Below, in pieces: positions 36,125 through 48,690 of a stretch of DNA of 64,000 nt. Under the pieces are notes generated by a model. It searched no databases and had not been told where the DNA came from. It saw only the letters and a program-made list of their open reading frames with translations. The DNA is from Betaproteobacteria bacterium (GTDB lineage Bacteria > Pseudomonadota > Gammaproteobacteria > Burkholderiales > SG8-39), in the NCBI GenBank assembly GCA_016177575.1, contig JACOVA010000005.1:397-64396 (forward strand), read 5' to 3'. The position numbers and the translations under genes are program-made. Within the stretch, counting starts at the first letter, position 1; every line of letters starts with the position of its first letter.

Positions 36125-37581
36125 ATGACGACATCGACGACCGCGGAAGTCACCCGCAGGAGCAAGGCGCCAGCCGTCGCGGAGATCGACGGGTTCCGAG
36201 GCCGGCTGATCAGTGCCGGCCACGCCGACTATGACACCGCCCGTGCAGTGTGGACCGGTGCCATCGACCGGCGCCCGCACCTGATCGCCCGATGCATCGG
36301 GGCGGCCGACGTGGTCGCGGCCGTGCGTTTCGCCCGCGACCACGATCTGGAGATCGCCATCCGGGGCGGCGGCCACAACGTGGCGGGCACCGCCGTTTGC
36401 GACGACGGGATCGTCATCGATCTCTCGGCGATGCGGAGCGTGCGGGTCGATCCCGCTGGCCGCAAGGCCTGGGTGCAGGGGGGTGCGCTGTGGGGCGACG
36501 TCGACCACGAGACGCAGGCGCACGGTCTGGCCACCACCGGCGGAATCGTGAGCCACACCGGCGTCGCCGGGCTCACCCTCGGCGGCGGCGTCGGCTGGCT
36601 GATGCGCAAGCACGGCCTCACGGTCGACAACCTCCTCGCCGCCGACGTCGTGACGGCCGACGGCGAGCGGCTGCGCGCCTCCGAGGGTGAGCACCCCGAT
36701 CTCTTCTGGGCGTTGCGAGGTGGCGGCGGCAACTTCGGCGTGGTCACCTCGTTCGAGTTCCGCCTCCACTGCGTCGGGCCCACCGTCCTGGCCGGGCCCA
36801 TCCTCTGGGACGCAGCCGACGCCAGGGAGGTGCTGCGCTTCTACCGCGACTTCGTCCGCGAGGCTCCCGACGAGCTCGGCACGATCGTGAAGTTCACGAC
36901 CGCGCCGCCGCTACCGGTCATCCCCGAGCATCTGCACTGGCGCCCGGTGGTGATGGTGGGTACCTGCTACGCCGGGCCGGTGGAGGACGGCGAGCGGGTG
37001 CTCAGCGCGCTGCGCGCATTCCGGACTCCCCTCCTCGACCTGGTCGGGCCCAAGCCGTACGTCGGATTCCAGAGCGCGCTCGACTCGACCGTCCTCCACG
37101 GTTGGCACTACTACTGGAAGGCCACCCACCTCCCCGAGCTCAGCGACGACCTCATCGACGTCATCGCCGGGCACGCGTTCTCGTTCTCGTCGCCGCGGTC
37201 GTACACGGCGATGTTCCATCTGCAGGGGGCGGTGAGCCGAATGGCCGCGGGCAGGACGGCGTTCGCGAACCGGCACGCGTCGCACGCGATCATCCACCAC
37301 GCCGCGTGGCGGCCGGGCGAGGACGTCGGCGACCGGGAGACCGCTTGGGCGAAGGGATTCTTCGCCGCCCTCGGCCGGTTCCGCGAAGGCGTCTACGTCA
37401 ACTTCCTCGGCGGCGACGAAGACCCCGGCCGGGTCCGCGAGGCGTACGGCGACTCCGTCTACGGCCGGCTGGTGGACGTGAAGACCACGTACGACCCCGA
37501 CAACGTCTTCCACCACAACCAGAATATCCGCCCGAGGCTACGCATTGGCGTGGGTGGCTCCGAGGGGACGACGGCGATCTC

Positions 37582-37585
<4 letters not shown>
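36125..37585 (+). CDS. FAD-linked oxidase with berberine-bridge-enzyme (BBE)-like C-terminus
   Basis: 486 aa. Has the FAD_binding_4 motifs IRGGGHNVAG and GGGVGWLMRKHG, plus the BBE tail YDPDNVFHHNQNI. Confidence 0.85.
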
Positions 37586-39191
<1,606 letters not shown>

Positions 39192-39219
39192 TTATACTGC
39201 GCGCTTCCGACGCGAAACC

Positions 39220-39921
39220 ATGAACCAGCTTGACTGCAAAGGACGAACCGCGATCGTCACCGGCGGCATGCAGGGCATCGGCGCCGCGATCGTCAGGCGC
39301 CTGGAAAGCTCGGGCGCAAAGGTCGCCATCTGGGATCTCGACGGTCCCGGCAAGGTGGACGTATCGAGACATGATTCGATCCTAAGCGCACTGAACAAGA
39401 CGATCGGCGATTTCGGCCATATCGACATTCTTGTGAACAATGCCGGCATCGCCGGGCCGACCATGCCGGTGGTCGACTATCCGATCGAGGAATGGGAAAG
39501 GGTGATCAGAATCGATCTGAACGGGCCATTCCTGTGCTGCCGCGCCGTCGTGCCGCACATGGTCAAGGCGGGTTACGGGCGCATCGTCAACATCGCCTCG
39601 ATCGCCGGCAAGGAAGGCAATGCCAACGCCGCGGCCTACGCCGCCGCCAAGGGCGGGCTGATCGCCTTCACCAAGGCGCTCGGCAAGGAGCTCGCGCAGA
39701 CCGGGGTGCTCGTCAATTGCGTGACGCCCGCCGCGGCGCAGACCGCGATCCTCGAGCAGGTGACGCCCGAGTTCGCCAAGTTCATGCTGTCCAAGATCCC
39801 GATGGGACGTTTCGTCAAGGTGGAGGAGATCGCGGCGCTCGCCTGCTGGCTCGCCTCCGAGGACTGCTCCTTCTCCACCGGGGCGGTGTTCGACATTTCC
39901 GGAGGCCGCGCGACCTACTGA
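39220..39921 (+). CDS. Short-chain dehydrogenase/reductase (FabG-like; candidate sugar 1-dehydrogenase)
   Basis: 233 aa. Has TGGMQGIG, NNAG and YAAAKGG (YxxxK). Confidence 0.8.
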   Translation: MNQLDCKGRTAIVTGGMQGIGAAIVRRLESSGAKVAIWDLDGPGKVDVSRHDSILSALNKTIGDFGHIDILVNNAGIAGPTMPVVDYPIEEWERVIRIDLNGPFLCCRAVVPHMVKAGYGRIVNIASIAGKEGNANAAAYAAAKGGLIAFTKALGKELAQTGVLVNCVTPAAAQTAILEQVTPEFAKFMLSKIPMGRFVKVEEIAALACWLASEDCSFSTGAVFDISGGRATY

Positions 39922-39922
39922 T

Positions 39923-41653
39923 ATGAAGAAAAAAGTCATCCCGCTTCGCAGCGTGCAGTGGTTCGGCCGCCAGGACATCTACGGCTTCATCTACCGCAGC
40001 TGGGTGAAGAACCGCGGCGTGCCGCAGGACCAGTTCGACGGCCGGCCGGTGATCGGCATCTGCAACACCTACTCCGAGCTGACGCCGTGCAACTCGCATT
40101 TCCGCACCATCGCCGAGCACGTCAAGGCGGGCGTGCTCGAGGCGGGCGGGTTCCCGCTCGAATTCCCGGTCATGTCGCTCGGCGAGACGATGCTGAGACC
40201 CACCGCGATGCTCTACCGCAACCTTGCCAGCATGGACGTCGAGGAGTCGATCCGCGGCAATCCGGTGGACGGCGTGGTGCTGCTGGTGGGCTGCGACAAG
40301 ACCACGCCGTCGCTGCTGATGGGCGCGGCGAGCGTCGACGTGCCGGCGATCGCGGTCTCGGGCGGGCCGATGCTCTCGGGCAAGTACCGCGGCACCGACG
40401 TCGGCTCGGGCACCACGGTGTGGGCGATGTCCGAGGAACTGCGCGCGGGCAAGATCTCGCTCGAGGAGTTTCACGAGGCCGAATCCTGCATGCACCGCTC
40501 GCACGGGCACTGCATGACCATGGGCACCGCCTCGACCATGGCCTCGATGGTGGAGGCGCTCGGCGTAGGCATGCCCGGCAACGCCGCGATCCCCGCGGTC
40601 GATGCGCGCAGGAACGTCCTTGCAAGAATGGCCGGAAGAAGGATCGTCGCGCTGGTCAAGGAAAACATTTCGTTGTCGAAGATCCTGACGAAAAAGGCTT
40701 TCGAGAACGCGATTCGCGCGAACGCCGCCATCGGCGGCTCGACCAACGCGGTGATCCACCTGATCGCGATCGCGCGCCGCATCGGCGTCGACCTCAAGCT
40801 CGCCGACTGGGACCGGCTGGGGCGCGGCGTGCACACGCTCGTCAACCTGATGCCCTCGGGCAAATACCTGATGGAGGATTTCTATTACGCGGGCGGCTTG
40901 CCCGCCGTGCTCAGGGAATTGGGCTCGACCGGCCTCCTGCACAAGGACGCGATGACGGTGAACGGCAAGACGATCTGGGAGAACAACAGGGATGCGCCCT
41001 GCCATAACCGGGACGTCATATTCCCCTTCAACAAGCCGTTCAAGAAGAACACCGGCATCGCGGTGCTGCGCGGCAACCTGTGCCCGGGCGGCGCGGTCAT
41101 CAAGCCCTCGGCGGCGACGCCCCGGCTGCTCAGGCACCGCGGCCGCGCCGTGGTGTTCGAGAATATCGAGGACTTCCACCGCCGCATCGACGACCCGGGG
41201 CTCGAGATCGACGAGAAATGCGTCATGGTGCTCAAGAACTGCGGCCCGAGGGGCTACCCGGGCATGGCCGAGGTCGGCAACATGCCGCTGCCGCCGAAGC
41301 TGCTCAAGCGCGGCGTCACCGACATGGTGCGCATCTCGGATGCGCGCATGAGTGGCACCGCCTACGGCACGGTGGTGCTGCACATGGTGCCCGAGGCCGC
41401 CGCCGGCGGCGCGCTCGCGCTAGTGAGGAATGGAGACTTGATTGAATTGGACGTTTCCAGGCGTCGTTTGCAGTTGCTCGTTGCGGAAAAAGAGCTCTTG
41501 AAAAGAAAAAAGGCCTGGAAAAAACCCAAGCCTCCGCTCGCCCGCGGCTACTGGCGGCTCTATGTCGAGCACGTGCTGCAGGCCGACCAGGGTGCGGATC
41601 TCGATTTCCTCGTCGGTCGCTCGGGGCCGCTGGTGCCGAGAGATAATCACTAG
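39923..41653 (+). CDS. IlvD/Edd-family dehydratase, L-arabinonate/D-xylonate dehydratase-like
   Basis: 576 aa. Has GRPVIGICNTYSELTPCNSH, LLVGCDKTTPSLLMGA (Fe-S ligand region), NLMPSGKYLMEDFYYAGGLP and MVRISDARMSGTAYG. It starts 1 nt after the SDR stop. Confidence 0.9.
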   Translation: MKKKVIPLRSVQWFGRQDIYGFIYRSWVKNRGVPQDQFDGRPVIGICNTYSELTPCNSHFRTIAEHVKAGVLEAGGFPLEFPVMSLGETMLRPTAMLYRNLASMDVEESIRGNPVDGVVLLVGCDKTTPSLLMGAASVDVPAIAVSGGPMLSGKYRGTDVGSGTTVWAMSEELRAGKISLEEFHEAESCMHRSHGHCMTMGTASTMASMVEALGVGMPGNAAIPAVDARRNVLARMAGRRIVALVKENISLSKILTKKAFENAIRANAAIGGSTNAVIHLIAIARRIGVDLKLADWDRLGRGVHTLVNLMPSGKYLMEDFYYAGGLPAVLRELGSTGLLHKDAMTVNGKTIWENNRDAPCHNRDVIFPFNKPFKKNTGIAVLRGNLCPGGAVIKPSAATPRLLRHRGRAVVFENIEDFHRRIDDPGLEIDEKCVMVLKNCGPRGYPGMAEVGNMPLPPKLLKRGVTDMVRISDARMSGTAYGTVVLHMVPEAAAGGALALVRNGDLIELDVSRRRLQLLVAEKELLKRKKAWKKPKPPLARGYWRLYVEHVLQADQGADLDFLVGRSGPLVPRDNH

Positions 41654-41678
41654 GTGGCCGAGTACATCTGAGCTTGCC

Positions 41679-42529
<851 letters not shown>

Positions 42530-42549
42530 GATAGGCAAGGGAGGGTCCC

Positions 42550-44073
42550 ATGCTGCAGGCCGCCGAGCTCACCATCCGACTCAACCCGGCCGACGACGTG
42601 CTCATCGCGCGCGTCGAGATCGCCGCCGGCACCACGCTGGTCAAGGAAGGCGGCATCCGCGTCTCGGCGCGCGTCCCCGCCGGCCACAAGATCGCGGTGC
42701 GCGATCTGAGCGCCGGGCAGCCGGTGCGGCGCTACAACCAGATCATCGGCTTCGCCACGTGCCCGATCCGCGCCGGCGAGCACGTCCACGTGCATAACCT
42801 GGCGATGGGGGATTTCGAACGCGATTATTCGTTCTCCTCGGACAGGAAAAATACGAACTACATCAGTCCACAGGCGACATTCCAGGGCATCGTGCGCGCC
42901 GACGGTCGCGTCGCGACGCGCAACTGCATCGGCATCCTGACGAGCGTCAACTGCTCGGCGACCGTCGCGCGCGCAGTCGCCGATCATTTCAGGAACCGGC
43001 TGGAGAAATATCCGAACGTGGACGGCGTGGTCGCGCTCACGCACAAGTCGGGCTGCGGCATGGCCTCCGAGGGCGAGGCGATCGAGCTGCTCCGCCGCAC
43101 CATGGCGGGCTATGCGCGCCACCCGAACTTCTTCGCCGTGCAGGTGGTCGGTCTGGGCTGCGAGGCGAATCAGATCGGCGGCCTGCTCGCCAGCCAGCAG
43201 CTGAAGCGCAGCGCGCGACTGGGCAGCTACACGATCCAGGAAAAAGGCGGCACCTCCAGGGCGATCCGCGAAGGCATCGCGCGCATCGAGGCGCTGCTGC
43301 CGGAGGCGGACCGGGTCAGGCGCGAGGCCGTGCCGGCGAGCCAGCTGACGCTCGGCCTGCAGTGCGGCGGCTCGGACGGCTACTCCGGGATCAGCGCCAA
43401 CCCAGCGCTCGGCGCGGCGGTGGACCTCCTGGTGCGGCACGGCGGCACGGCGATCCTTTCCGAGACGCCCGAGATCTACGGCGCCGAGCATCTGCTCACG
43501 CGCAGGGCGGTAAGCCGGGAGGTCGGCGAGAAGCTGCTGCGCCGCATCCGCTGGTGGGAGGAATACACGCGGCGCAGCGGCAACGAGATGAACAACAACC
43601 CCACGCCCGGCAACAAAGCGGGCGGGCTGACGACGATCCTCGAGAAGTCGCTCGGCGCGGTCGCCAAGGGCGGCACCACCAACCTGGTCGAGGTCTACGA
43701 GTACGCCCAGACGGTCTGCGCCAAGGGCTTCGTCTACATGGACACACCCGGCTACGACCCGGTTTCGGCGACCGGCCAGGTCGCGGGCGGCGCCAACATG
43801 ATCTGCTTTACCACCGGCCGCGGCTCGGCCTACGGCTGCAAGCCGGCGCCGTCGCTCAAGCTCGCCACCAACACGGCGCTCTACGAGCACCAGGAAGAGG
43901 ACATGGACATCAACTGCGGCACCATCGTCGACGGCAAGGAAAGCGTCGCCGAGGCCGGCGAGCGGTTTTTCCGCCTGATCCTCGAGACCGCCTCCGGCAG
44001 GAAGACCAAGTCGGAGCTGCTCGGCTATGGCGAGGACGAGTTCGCGCCATGGATCCTCGGCGCGACCATGTGA
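42550..44073 (+). CDS. UxaA/GarD-family (altronate/galactarate-type) dehydratase with N-terminal SAF domain
   Basis: 507 aa. The SAF-like N-terminus reads DDVLIARVEIAAGTTL...AGHKIAVRDL. The large C-terminal UxaA-type domain contains GLQCGGSDGYSGISANP and GTTNLVEVYEY. Confidence 0.85.
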   Translation: MLQAAELTIRLNPADDVLIARVEIAAGTTLVKEGGIRVSARVPAGHKIAVRDLSAGQPVRRYNQIIGFATCPIRAGEHVHVHNLAMGDFERDYSFSSDRKNTNYISPQATFQGIVRADGRVATRNCIGILTSVNCSATVARAVADHFRNRLEKYPNVDGVVALTHKSGCGMASEGEAIELLRRTMAGYARHPNFFAVQVVGLGCEANQIGGLLASQQLKRSARLGSYTIQEKGGTSRAIREGIARIEALLPEADRVRREAVPASQLTLGLQCGGSDGYSGISANPALGAAVDLLVRHGGTAILSETPEIYGAEHLLTRRAVSREVGEKLLRRIRWWEEYTRRSGNEMNNNPTPGNKAGGLTTILEKSLGAVAKGGTTNLVEVYEYAQTVCAKGFVYMDTPGYDPVSATGQVAGGANMICFTTGRGSAYGCKPAPSLKLATNTALYEHQEEDMDINCGTIVDGKESVAEAGERFFRLILETASGRKTKSELLGYGEDEFAPWILGATM

Positions 44074-44078
44074 CGGTC

Positions 44079-44447
44079 ATGAGATCCGCAATAGCGCTTG
44101 CTCTCGTTCTCGTTCTAGTTTTTCTTTCATTCCCTGCCGCCGCGGCAAGACAGTCCTCGACCCCGAACCGCTTCGGCGCGATCGCCTACCACCGCGCCTC
44201 GCAATCCTGGGGCGTGAGCTTCGACAAGCCGCGCGCGCGCGACGCCGCGGTCGAGGCGCTGAGGCAGTGCGGCAACCAGCGCTGCGAGGTCGTGCACCGC
44301 TTCAAGAACGGCTGCGCGGCGCTCGCCGAAGGACCGAAGGCGCACGCTGCGGCCTCGGGTGCGACGCGCGACGAAGCCGAGACCAAGGCGCTCAAGCGCT
44401 GCGGCGGCGACAAATGCAGCGCGATCGCCTGGGGTTGCACGCGCTAG
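44079..44447 (+). CDS. Secreted DUF4189-like protein
   Basis: Signal peptide MRSAIALALVLVLVFLSFPAAAA. Contains FGAIAY...SWGVSF...A...AL..CG...C and a second ...AL.RCGGDKC repeat. 122 aa. Confidence 0.55.
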   Translation: MRSAIALALVLVLVFLSFPAAAARQSSTPNRFGAIAYHRASQSWGVSFDKPRARDAAVEALRQCGNQRCEVVHRFKNGCAALAEGPKAHAAASGATRDEAETKALKRCGGDKCSAIAWGCTR

Positions 44448-44454
44448 GCCGGAT

Positions 44455-45012
44455 TCAGGCCGCTTTGCTCCACTTGATCGAGCAGCCGACGCCGGCGATC
44501 TGCTCCCTGGGGCCCTGTCCGGTCTTCGCCACCGCCAGCATCGCCTCGAACAGCTCGCGCCGCGCATCCGGCACGGGGCTGGTCTTGGAGGCGTCGAGCC
44601 GGCCGTGGTACTGCAGCTCGAGCGCGGCGTTGAAACCGAAGAATTCCGGCGTGCATACCGCCCGGTAAGCGCTCGCGACCTGCTGCGTCCCGTCCAGAAC
44701 GTAGGGGAAAGGAAAGCGGCGCTCGCGCGCGATGCGCTGCATGTTGTCGAACGAGTCCTCGGGATAATCGGCGGGATCGTTCGACATGATCGCGACCGAT
44801 CCGACGCCGTGCTGCGCGAGCTCGGTGCAGTCGCGCACGATGCGCTCGAGCACCGCCTTGACGTAGGGGCAATGGTTGCAGAGGAACATCACCAGCAGCC
44901 CGTTCGGGCCGCGCGCCGAGGCGAGCGTATGGCGCTTGCCGTCGACGCCGCGCAGGTCGAAATCCACCGCCTGCCAGCCGAAATCGCACACCGGGGAGAT
45001 CCCGCCCGCCAT
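44455..45012 (-). CDS. Thioredoxin-fold protein (AhpC/TSA-redoxin-like, CxxC)
   Basis: 185 aa. Has LLVMFLCNHCPYVKA (CNHC). Confidence 0.75.
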   Translation of the reverse strand: MAGGISPVCDFGWQAVDFDLRGVDGKRHTLASARGPNGLLVMFLCNHCPYVKAVLERIVRDCTELAQHGVGSVAIMSNDPADYPEDSFDNMQRIARERRFPFPYVLDGTQQVASAYRAVCTPEFFGFNAALELQYHGRLDASKTSPVPDARRELFEAMLAVAKTGQGPREQIAGVGCSIKWSKAA

Positions 45013-45026
45013 GCGAGAATCCTAGC

Positions 45027-45761
45027 ATGAAGGAGCGCCCCGCTCGAGTGCCGCGCCTGTTCGTCGAAGCGCAGCTGCGGCAGGGCGACCGGCTGGCGCT
45101 CAATGCGGAAGCAGCGCACCACGCCGTGCGCGTGCTGCGCCTGCGCGAGGGCGACGCGGTCGTGCTGTTCGACGGCCGCGGCGGCGAGTACGAGGCCCGC
45201 CTCAGCTTGCCGGGGCGCGGCCCGGTGCTCGCCGAGCTCGGCGCCAGGCGCGCGATCGAGCGCGAATCGCCGCTCGCGGTGACGCTGGTGCAGGCCGTCT
45301 CCTCCGGCGAGAAGATGGACTTCACCATCCAGAAGGCGGTCGAGCTCGGCGTGACGGCAATACAGCCGGTGCTCGCCGCGCGATCGCTGGTGCGGCTCGC
45401 CGGTGAGCGCGAGGCGAAGCGGCTCGCGCACTGGCGGCGCGTCGCGATCGCCGCCTGCGAGCAGTGCGGCCGCAACCGCATCCCGGCGATCGCCGAGCCG
45501 CTGCCGCTCGAGCGCTACCGCCCGCACGCCGCCGGCGCGAGGTTGCTGCTCTCCCCGCAAGGCGAGAGAAAGCTGAGCGAGCTGGCCGAGTCGCCGCTCA
45601 CGCTCGCGATCGGACCCGAGGCGGGTTTCGGCGCTGCGGAGGAGGCCCACCTGCTCGCCGCCGGCTTCACGCGCGCGCGGCTCGGCGCACGCGTGCTGCG
45701 CACCGAGACCGCGGCGCTCGCCGCGCTGGCCGCGCTCAACGCGCTGGCGGGAGATTTCTAG
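45027..45761 (+). CDS. rsmE: 16S rRNA (uracil1498-N3)-methyltransferase
   Basis: 244 aa. Has RLFVEAQL, HHAVRVLRLREGDAVVLFDGRGGEYEA, and the C-terminal LGARVLRTETAALAALA. Confidence 0.85.
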   Translation: MKERPARVPRLFVEAQLRQGDRLALNAEAAHHAVRVLRLREGDAVVLFDGRGGEYEARLSLPGRGPVLAELGARRAIERESPLAVTLVQAVSSGEKMDFTIQKAVELGVTAIQPVLAARSLVRLAGEREAKRLAHWRRVAIAACEQCGRNRIPAIAEPLPLERYRPHAAGARLLLSPQGERKLSELAESPLTLAIGPEAGFGAAEEAHLLAAGFTRARLGARVLRTETAALAALAALNALAGDF

Positions 45762-46281
45762 CCGGACCGGAAGATTCCAGGCCGCGCGCGGCGAGGTAAA
45801 GCTCGACCGCGAGCCGATCGCCCCGCTTCACCGCCTCGAGGAACTGCTGCTCGTCCCAGTACCTGAGGCCCATCGCGTGCAGCTCCTTGCGCGCCTGCAT
45901 CGCCTCCTCCCGCGCGCGCGCGCCGTCGCCGCGCCCGGGCAGCGCCGCGCTGCGCGCCTGCTCGCGCCGCGCCAGCACCACCAGGTCGCGGCCGATGGCG
46001 ATGAACGCGTCGCGGTGCTCGGCCGGCACATCGAGCAGGATCTCGTCCATCAGCCCGGAGGCGAGCCGGTTGGCCTCGGCGTTCTCGCCCGCGAGCATCG
46101 CGTCGACGCTTTTCTGCGCCGCTTGCGGATCGGGCGAGTGCGCGGCCTGGTGCACGACCTGCTGCATCAGGGCAAGCATGCCCCCGATCAACCGCCAGTC
46201 ATCGGCGTCATCGTCCAGGGTCGAGGCGAACGCATTGAACGGCAGCAGCAGGGCAAGGACGAGCAGGCGGGCGGCAGGCAT
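45736..46281 (-). CDS. Hypothetical secreted protein
   Basis: Tail of ORF 45736..46566 from MPAARLLVLALLLPFNAFAS (signal peptide). I recognise no family. The last 26 nt overlap the rsmE 3' end. Confidence 0.45.
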   Translation of the reverse strand: MPAARLLVLALLLPFNAFASTLDDDADDWRLIGGMLALMQQVVHQAAHSPDPQAAQKSVDAMLAGENAEANRLASGLMDEILLDVPAEHRDAFIAIGRDLVVLARREQARSAALPGRGDGARAREEAMQARKELHAMGLRYWDEQQFLEAVKRGDRLAVELYLAARGLESSGPARNLPPAR

Positions 46282-46333
46282 CGGTTCCCTCTCTTTCGCA
46301 CTGACCCGGAATAACGCCCGCGGTTCCCTCGGG

Positions 46334-46361
46334 TTGACCGGCTGCCTCGGTGCCTTAGAAT
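46334..46361 (+). promoter_or_regulatory. Candidate sigma-70 promoter for argA
   Basis: TTGACC-N16-TAGAAT, 30 nt upstream of the argA ATG. SD is GGGAGAG. Confidence 0.4.
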
Positions 46362-46390
46362 CCCCTGCAACAACAACGAACAGGGAGAGC

Positions 46391-47710
46391 ATGAGCAATC
46401 TGCCGCACCCGGAAGCATTCGTGCGCTGGTTCCGCCAGGCGGCCCCGTACGTGCACGCCTTCCGCGGCCGCACCTTCGTGTTCGGCCTGGGCGGCGAGGC
46501 GATCGCCGAGCGCGGGCGCTTCGTCAAGCTGGTGCACGACCTGAACCTGCTGGCGGCGCTCGGCATCCGCCTCGTGCTGGTGCATGGCGCGCGCCCGCAG
46601 ATCGAGGCCGAGCTGCGCGCCAGGCACCAGCGCTCGCGCTACTCGAAGGGCCTGCGCGTCACTGACGCGCAATCGCTGGTCGCGGTGAAGCACGCGGCGG
46701 GGGTGCTGCGGGTGGAGATCGAGGCGCTGCTTTCGCAGGCCCTGCCCGATTCGCCGATGGCGGGGGCGCAGATCCGCGTCGCCTCGGGCAATTTCATCGC
46801 CGCGCGACCGATCGGGGTGCTGGCGGGCGTCGATTTCCAGTTCACCGGCGAAGTGCGCAAGGTCGACGGCGCCGCCATCGCGCGCCGGCTGGAGGCGGGC
46901 GAAGTGGTGCTGATCGCGCACCTCGGCTATTCGCCGACCGGCGAGGTGTTCAACCTGGCCTGGGAGGACGTCGCCGAGAGCGTGGCGCGCACGCTCAAGG
47001 CCGACAAGCTCATGCTCTACGTCGACCAGCTGCCGACCGGCGGCCGCGGGCAGATCCTTTCCGAGCTGACCGCGCAGGAAGCCGAGGCGCTGCTGAAAAA
47101 GGACGGCTTGGCCGCCCCGACCCGGCGCGCGATCGGGCACGCGCTGCGCGCCGTGCGCGGCGGCGTCAGGCGCGCGCACCTCGTGTCGCGCCGCGCCGAC
47201 GGCGCGACGCTGCTCGAGCTTTTCACCCACTCGGGGGTGGGCACCATGATCACCGCCGACCCGGTCGAGCGCCTGCGTCCGGCCAGGATCGAGGACGTCG
47301 GCGGCATCCTCGCGCTGATCGAGCCGCTCGAGGCCGACGGCACGCTGGTGAAGAGGGGCCGCGAGCGGCTCGAGCGCGAGATCGGCAATTTCCAGCTGAT
47401 CGAGCACGATGGCGCGGTCCTCGCCTGCGCGGCGCTCTACCCGTCGGCCGAGGAGCGCAGCGCCGAGTTCGCCTGCCTCGCGGTCGCGCCCGATTATCGC
47501 GACGCGGGCTACGGCGAGCGGCTGCTGCGCGCCTGCGAGGCGCGCGCCCGCGAGCTCAAGATCCGGCGCGTGTTCGCTCTCACCACGCGCGCCCAGCACT
47601 GGTTCCTCGAGCAGGGGTTCAAGCAGGCCGGCGTGGCGATCCTGCCGCAGCGGCGCCAGGCGCTCTATAATTGGAGGCGCGGCTCCAAGGTTTTTCTCAA
47701 GCGACTGTAG
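46391..47710 (+). CDS. argA: Amino-acid N-acetyltransferase (N-acetylglutamate synthase; AAK + GNAT domains)
   Basis: From MSNLPHPEAFVRWFRQAAPYVHAFRGRTFVF. The C-terminal GNAT region has LAVAPDYRDAGYGERLL. 439 aa. Confidence 0.9.
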   Translation: MSNLPHPEAFVRWFRQAAPYVHAFRGRTFVFGLGGEAIAERGRFVKLVHDLNLLAALGIRLVLVHGARPQIEAELRARHQRSRYSKGLRVTDAQSLVAVKHAAGVLRVEIEALLSQALPDSPMAGAQIRVASGNFIAARPIGVLAGVDFQFTGEVRKVDGAAIARRLEAGEVVLIAHLGYSPTGEVFNLAWEDVAESVARTLKADKLMLYVDQLPTGGRGQILSELTAQEAEALLKKDGLAAPTRRAIGHALRAVRGGVRRAHLVSRRADGATLLELFTHSGVGTMITADPVERLRPARIEDVGGILALIEPLEADGTLVKRGRERLEREIGNFQLIEHDGAVLACAALYPSAEERSAEFACLAVAPDYRDAGYGERLLRACEARARELKIRRVFALTTRAQHWFLEQGFKQAGVAILPQRRQALYNWRRGSKVFLKRL

Positions 47711-47725
47711 GCAAAAGCCACGCCC

Positions 47726-47998
47726 ATGGCGAGAACCGTCAAATGCGTCAAGCTCGGCCGCGAGGCCGACGCGCTCGACTTCCCGCCCTACCCCGGCGAG
47801 CTCGGCAAGCGCATCTACGAGAACGTCTCCAAGGAAGCCTGGCAGCAGTGGCTCAGGCACCAGACCATGCTCGTCAACGAGAACCGGCTGAATCTGGCGG
47901 ATGCGCGCGCGCGCAAGTATCTCGCCGAGCAGATGGAGAAGCACTTCTTCGGCGACGGCGCCGACGTCGCCAGCGGCTACGTGCCGCCGACCAAGTAA
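47726..47998 (+). CDS. yggX: Oxidative-damage protection / Fe(2+)-trafficking protein
   Basis: [55 protein letters not shown]. 90 aa. Confidence 0.9.
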   Translation: MARTVKCVKLGREADALDFPPYPGELGKRIYENVSKEAWQQWLRHQTMLVNENRLNLADARARKYLAEQMEKHFFGDGADVASGYVPPTK

Positions 47999-48014
47999 CG
48001 TCAAACGTGAAGAG

Positions 48015-48680
48015 CTAGGCCTTCCTGCGGGTGGTCTTCACGCCGTCCGGGGTTCCGAGCAGCAGCACGTCCGCGCCGCGGCGCGCGAAGATGCCGTTCG
48101 TCACCACGCCCGCGATGCCGTCGAGGTCGCGCTCGAGCGCCGGCGGGTCGAGGACGGTCAGCCCGTGGCAATCGAGGATCAGGTTGCCGTTGTCGGTCTT
48201 GAAGTTCTCCCTCAGTACGGGCTGCGCGCCGCGCCTGAGCATCTCGCGCCCGACGTGGCTGCGCGCCATCGGCACCACCTCGAGCGGCAGCGGGTACTTG
48301 CCGAGCACCGGCACCAGCTTGGACGCGTCGCAGATGCAGACGAACTTCCGCGCCACCGCGGCGACGATCTTCTCGCGCGTGAGCGCGCCGCCGCCGCCCT
48401 TGATCATGTGCAGGTGCTCGGTGATCTCGTCCGCGCCGTCGATATAGACCGGAAGCTCGGCAACGCTGTTCAGGTCGACCACGCGGATGCCGTGCTTCTT
48501 CAGCCGCTCGGCGCTCGCGTCCGAAGCCGCCACGGCGCCGTCGATGCGGTTCTTCATACTCGCCAGAGCATCAATGAAGCAATTGACGGTCGAGCCCGAG
48601 CCCACCCCGACCACCGCGTCTTCGACCACGTGCTCGAGCGCCGCCTGCGCAACCTGCTGCTTGAGCTCGTCCTGCGTCAT
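48015..48680 (-). CDS. rpiA: Ribose-5-phosphate isomerase A
   Basis: From [11 protein letters not shown]. Has [17 protein letters not shown] and [11 protein letters not shown]. 221 aa. It begins 10 nt downstream of the lpdA stop. Confidence 0.9.
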   Translation of the reverse strand: MTQDELKQQVAQAALEHVVEDAVVGVGSGSTVNCFIDALASMKNRIDGAVAASDASAERLKKHGIRVVDLNSVAELPVYIDGADEITEHLHMIKGGGGALTREKIVAAVARKFVCICDASKLVPVLGKYPLPLEVVPMARSHVGREMLRRGAQPVLRENFKTDNGNLILDCHGLTVLDPPALERDLDGIAGVVTNGIFARRGADVLLLGTPDGVKTTRRKA

Positions 48681-48690
48681 CTCGCCGGGG

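Noticed and set aside
39815-41383. Long antisense ORFs: 39815..41383 (-), 42526..43890 (-), 52296..54464 (+), 55632..57311 (-), 59209..61053 (+), 14170..16029 (+), 8427..9473 (+) and similar
   Set aside because: Each lies opposite a gene with unambiguous family motifs. Composition is dominated by Arg/Ala/Gly/His/Asp runs with no motifs. They are high-GC stop-codon depletion artefacts.
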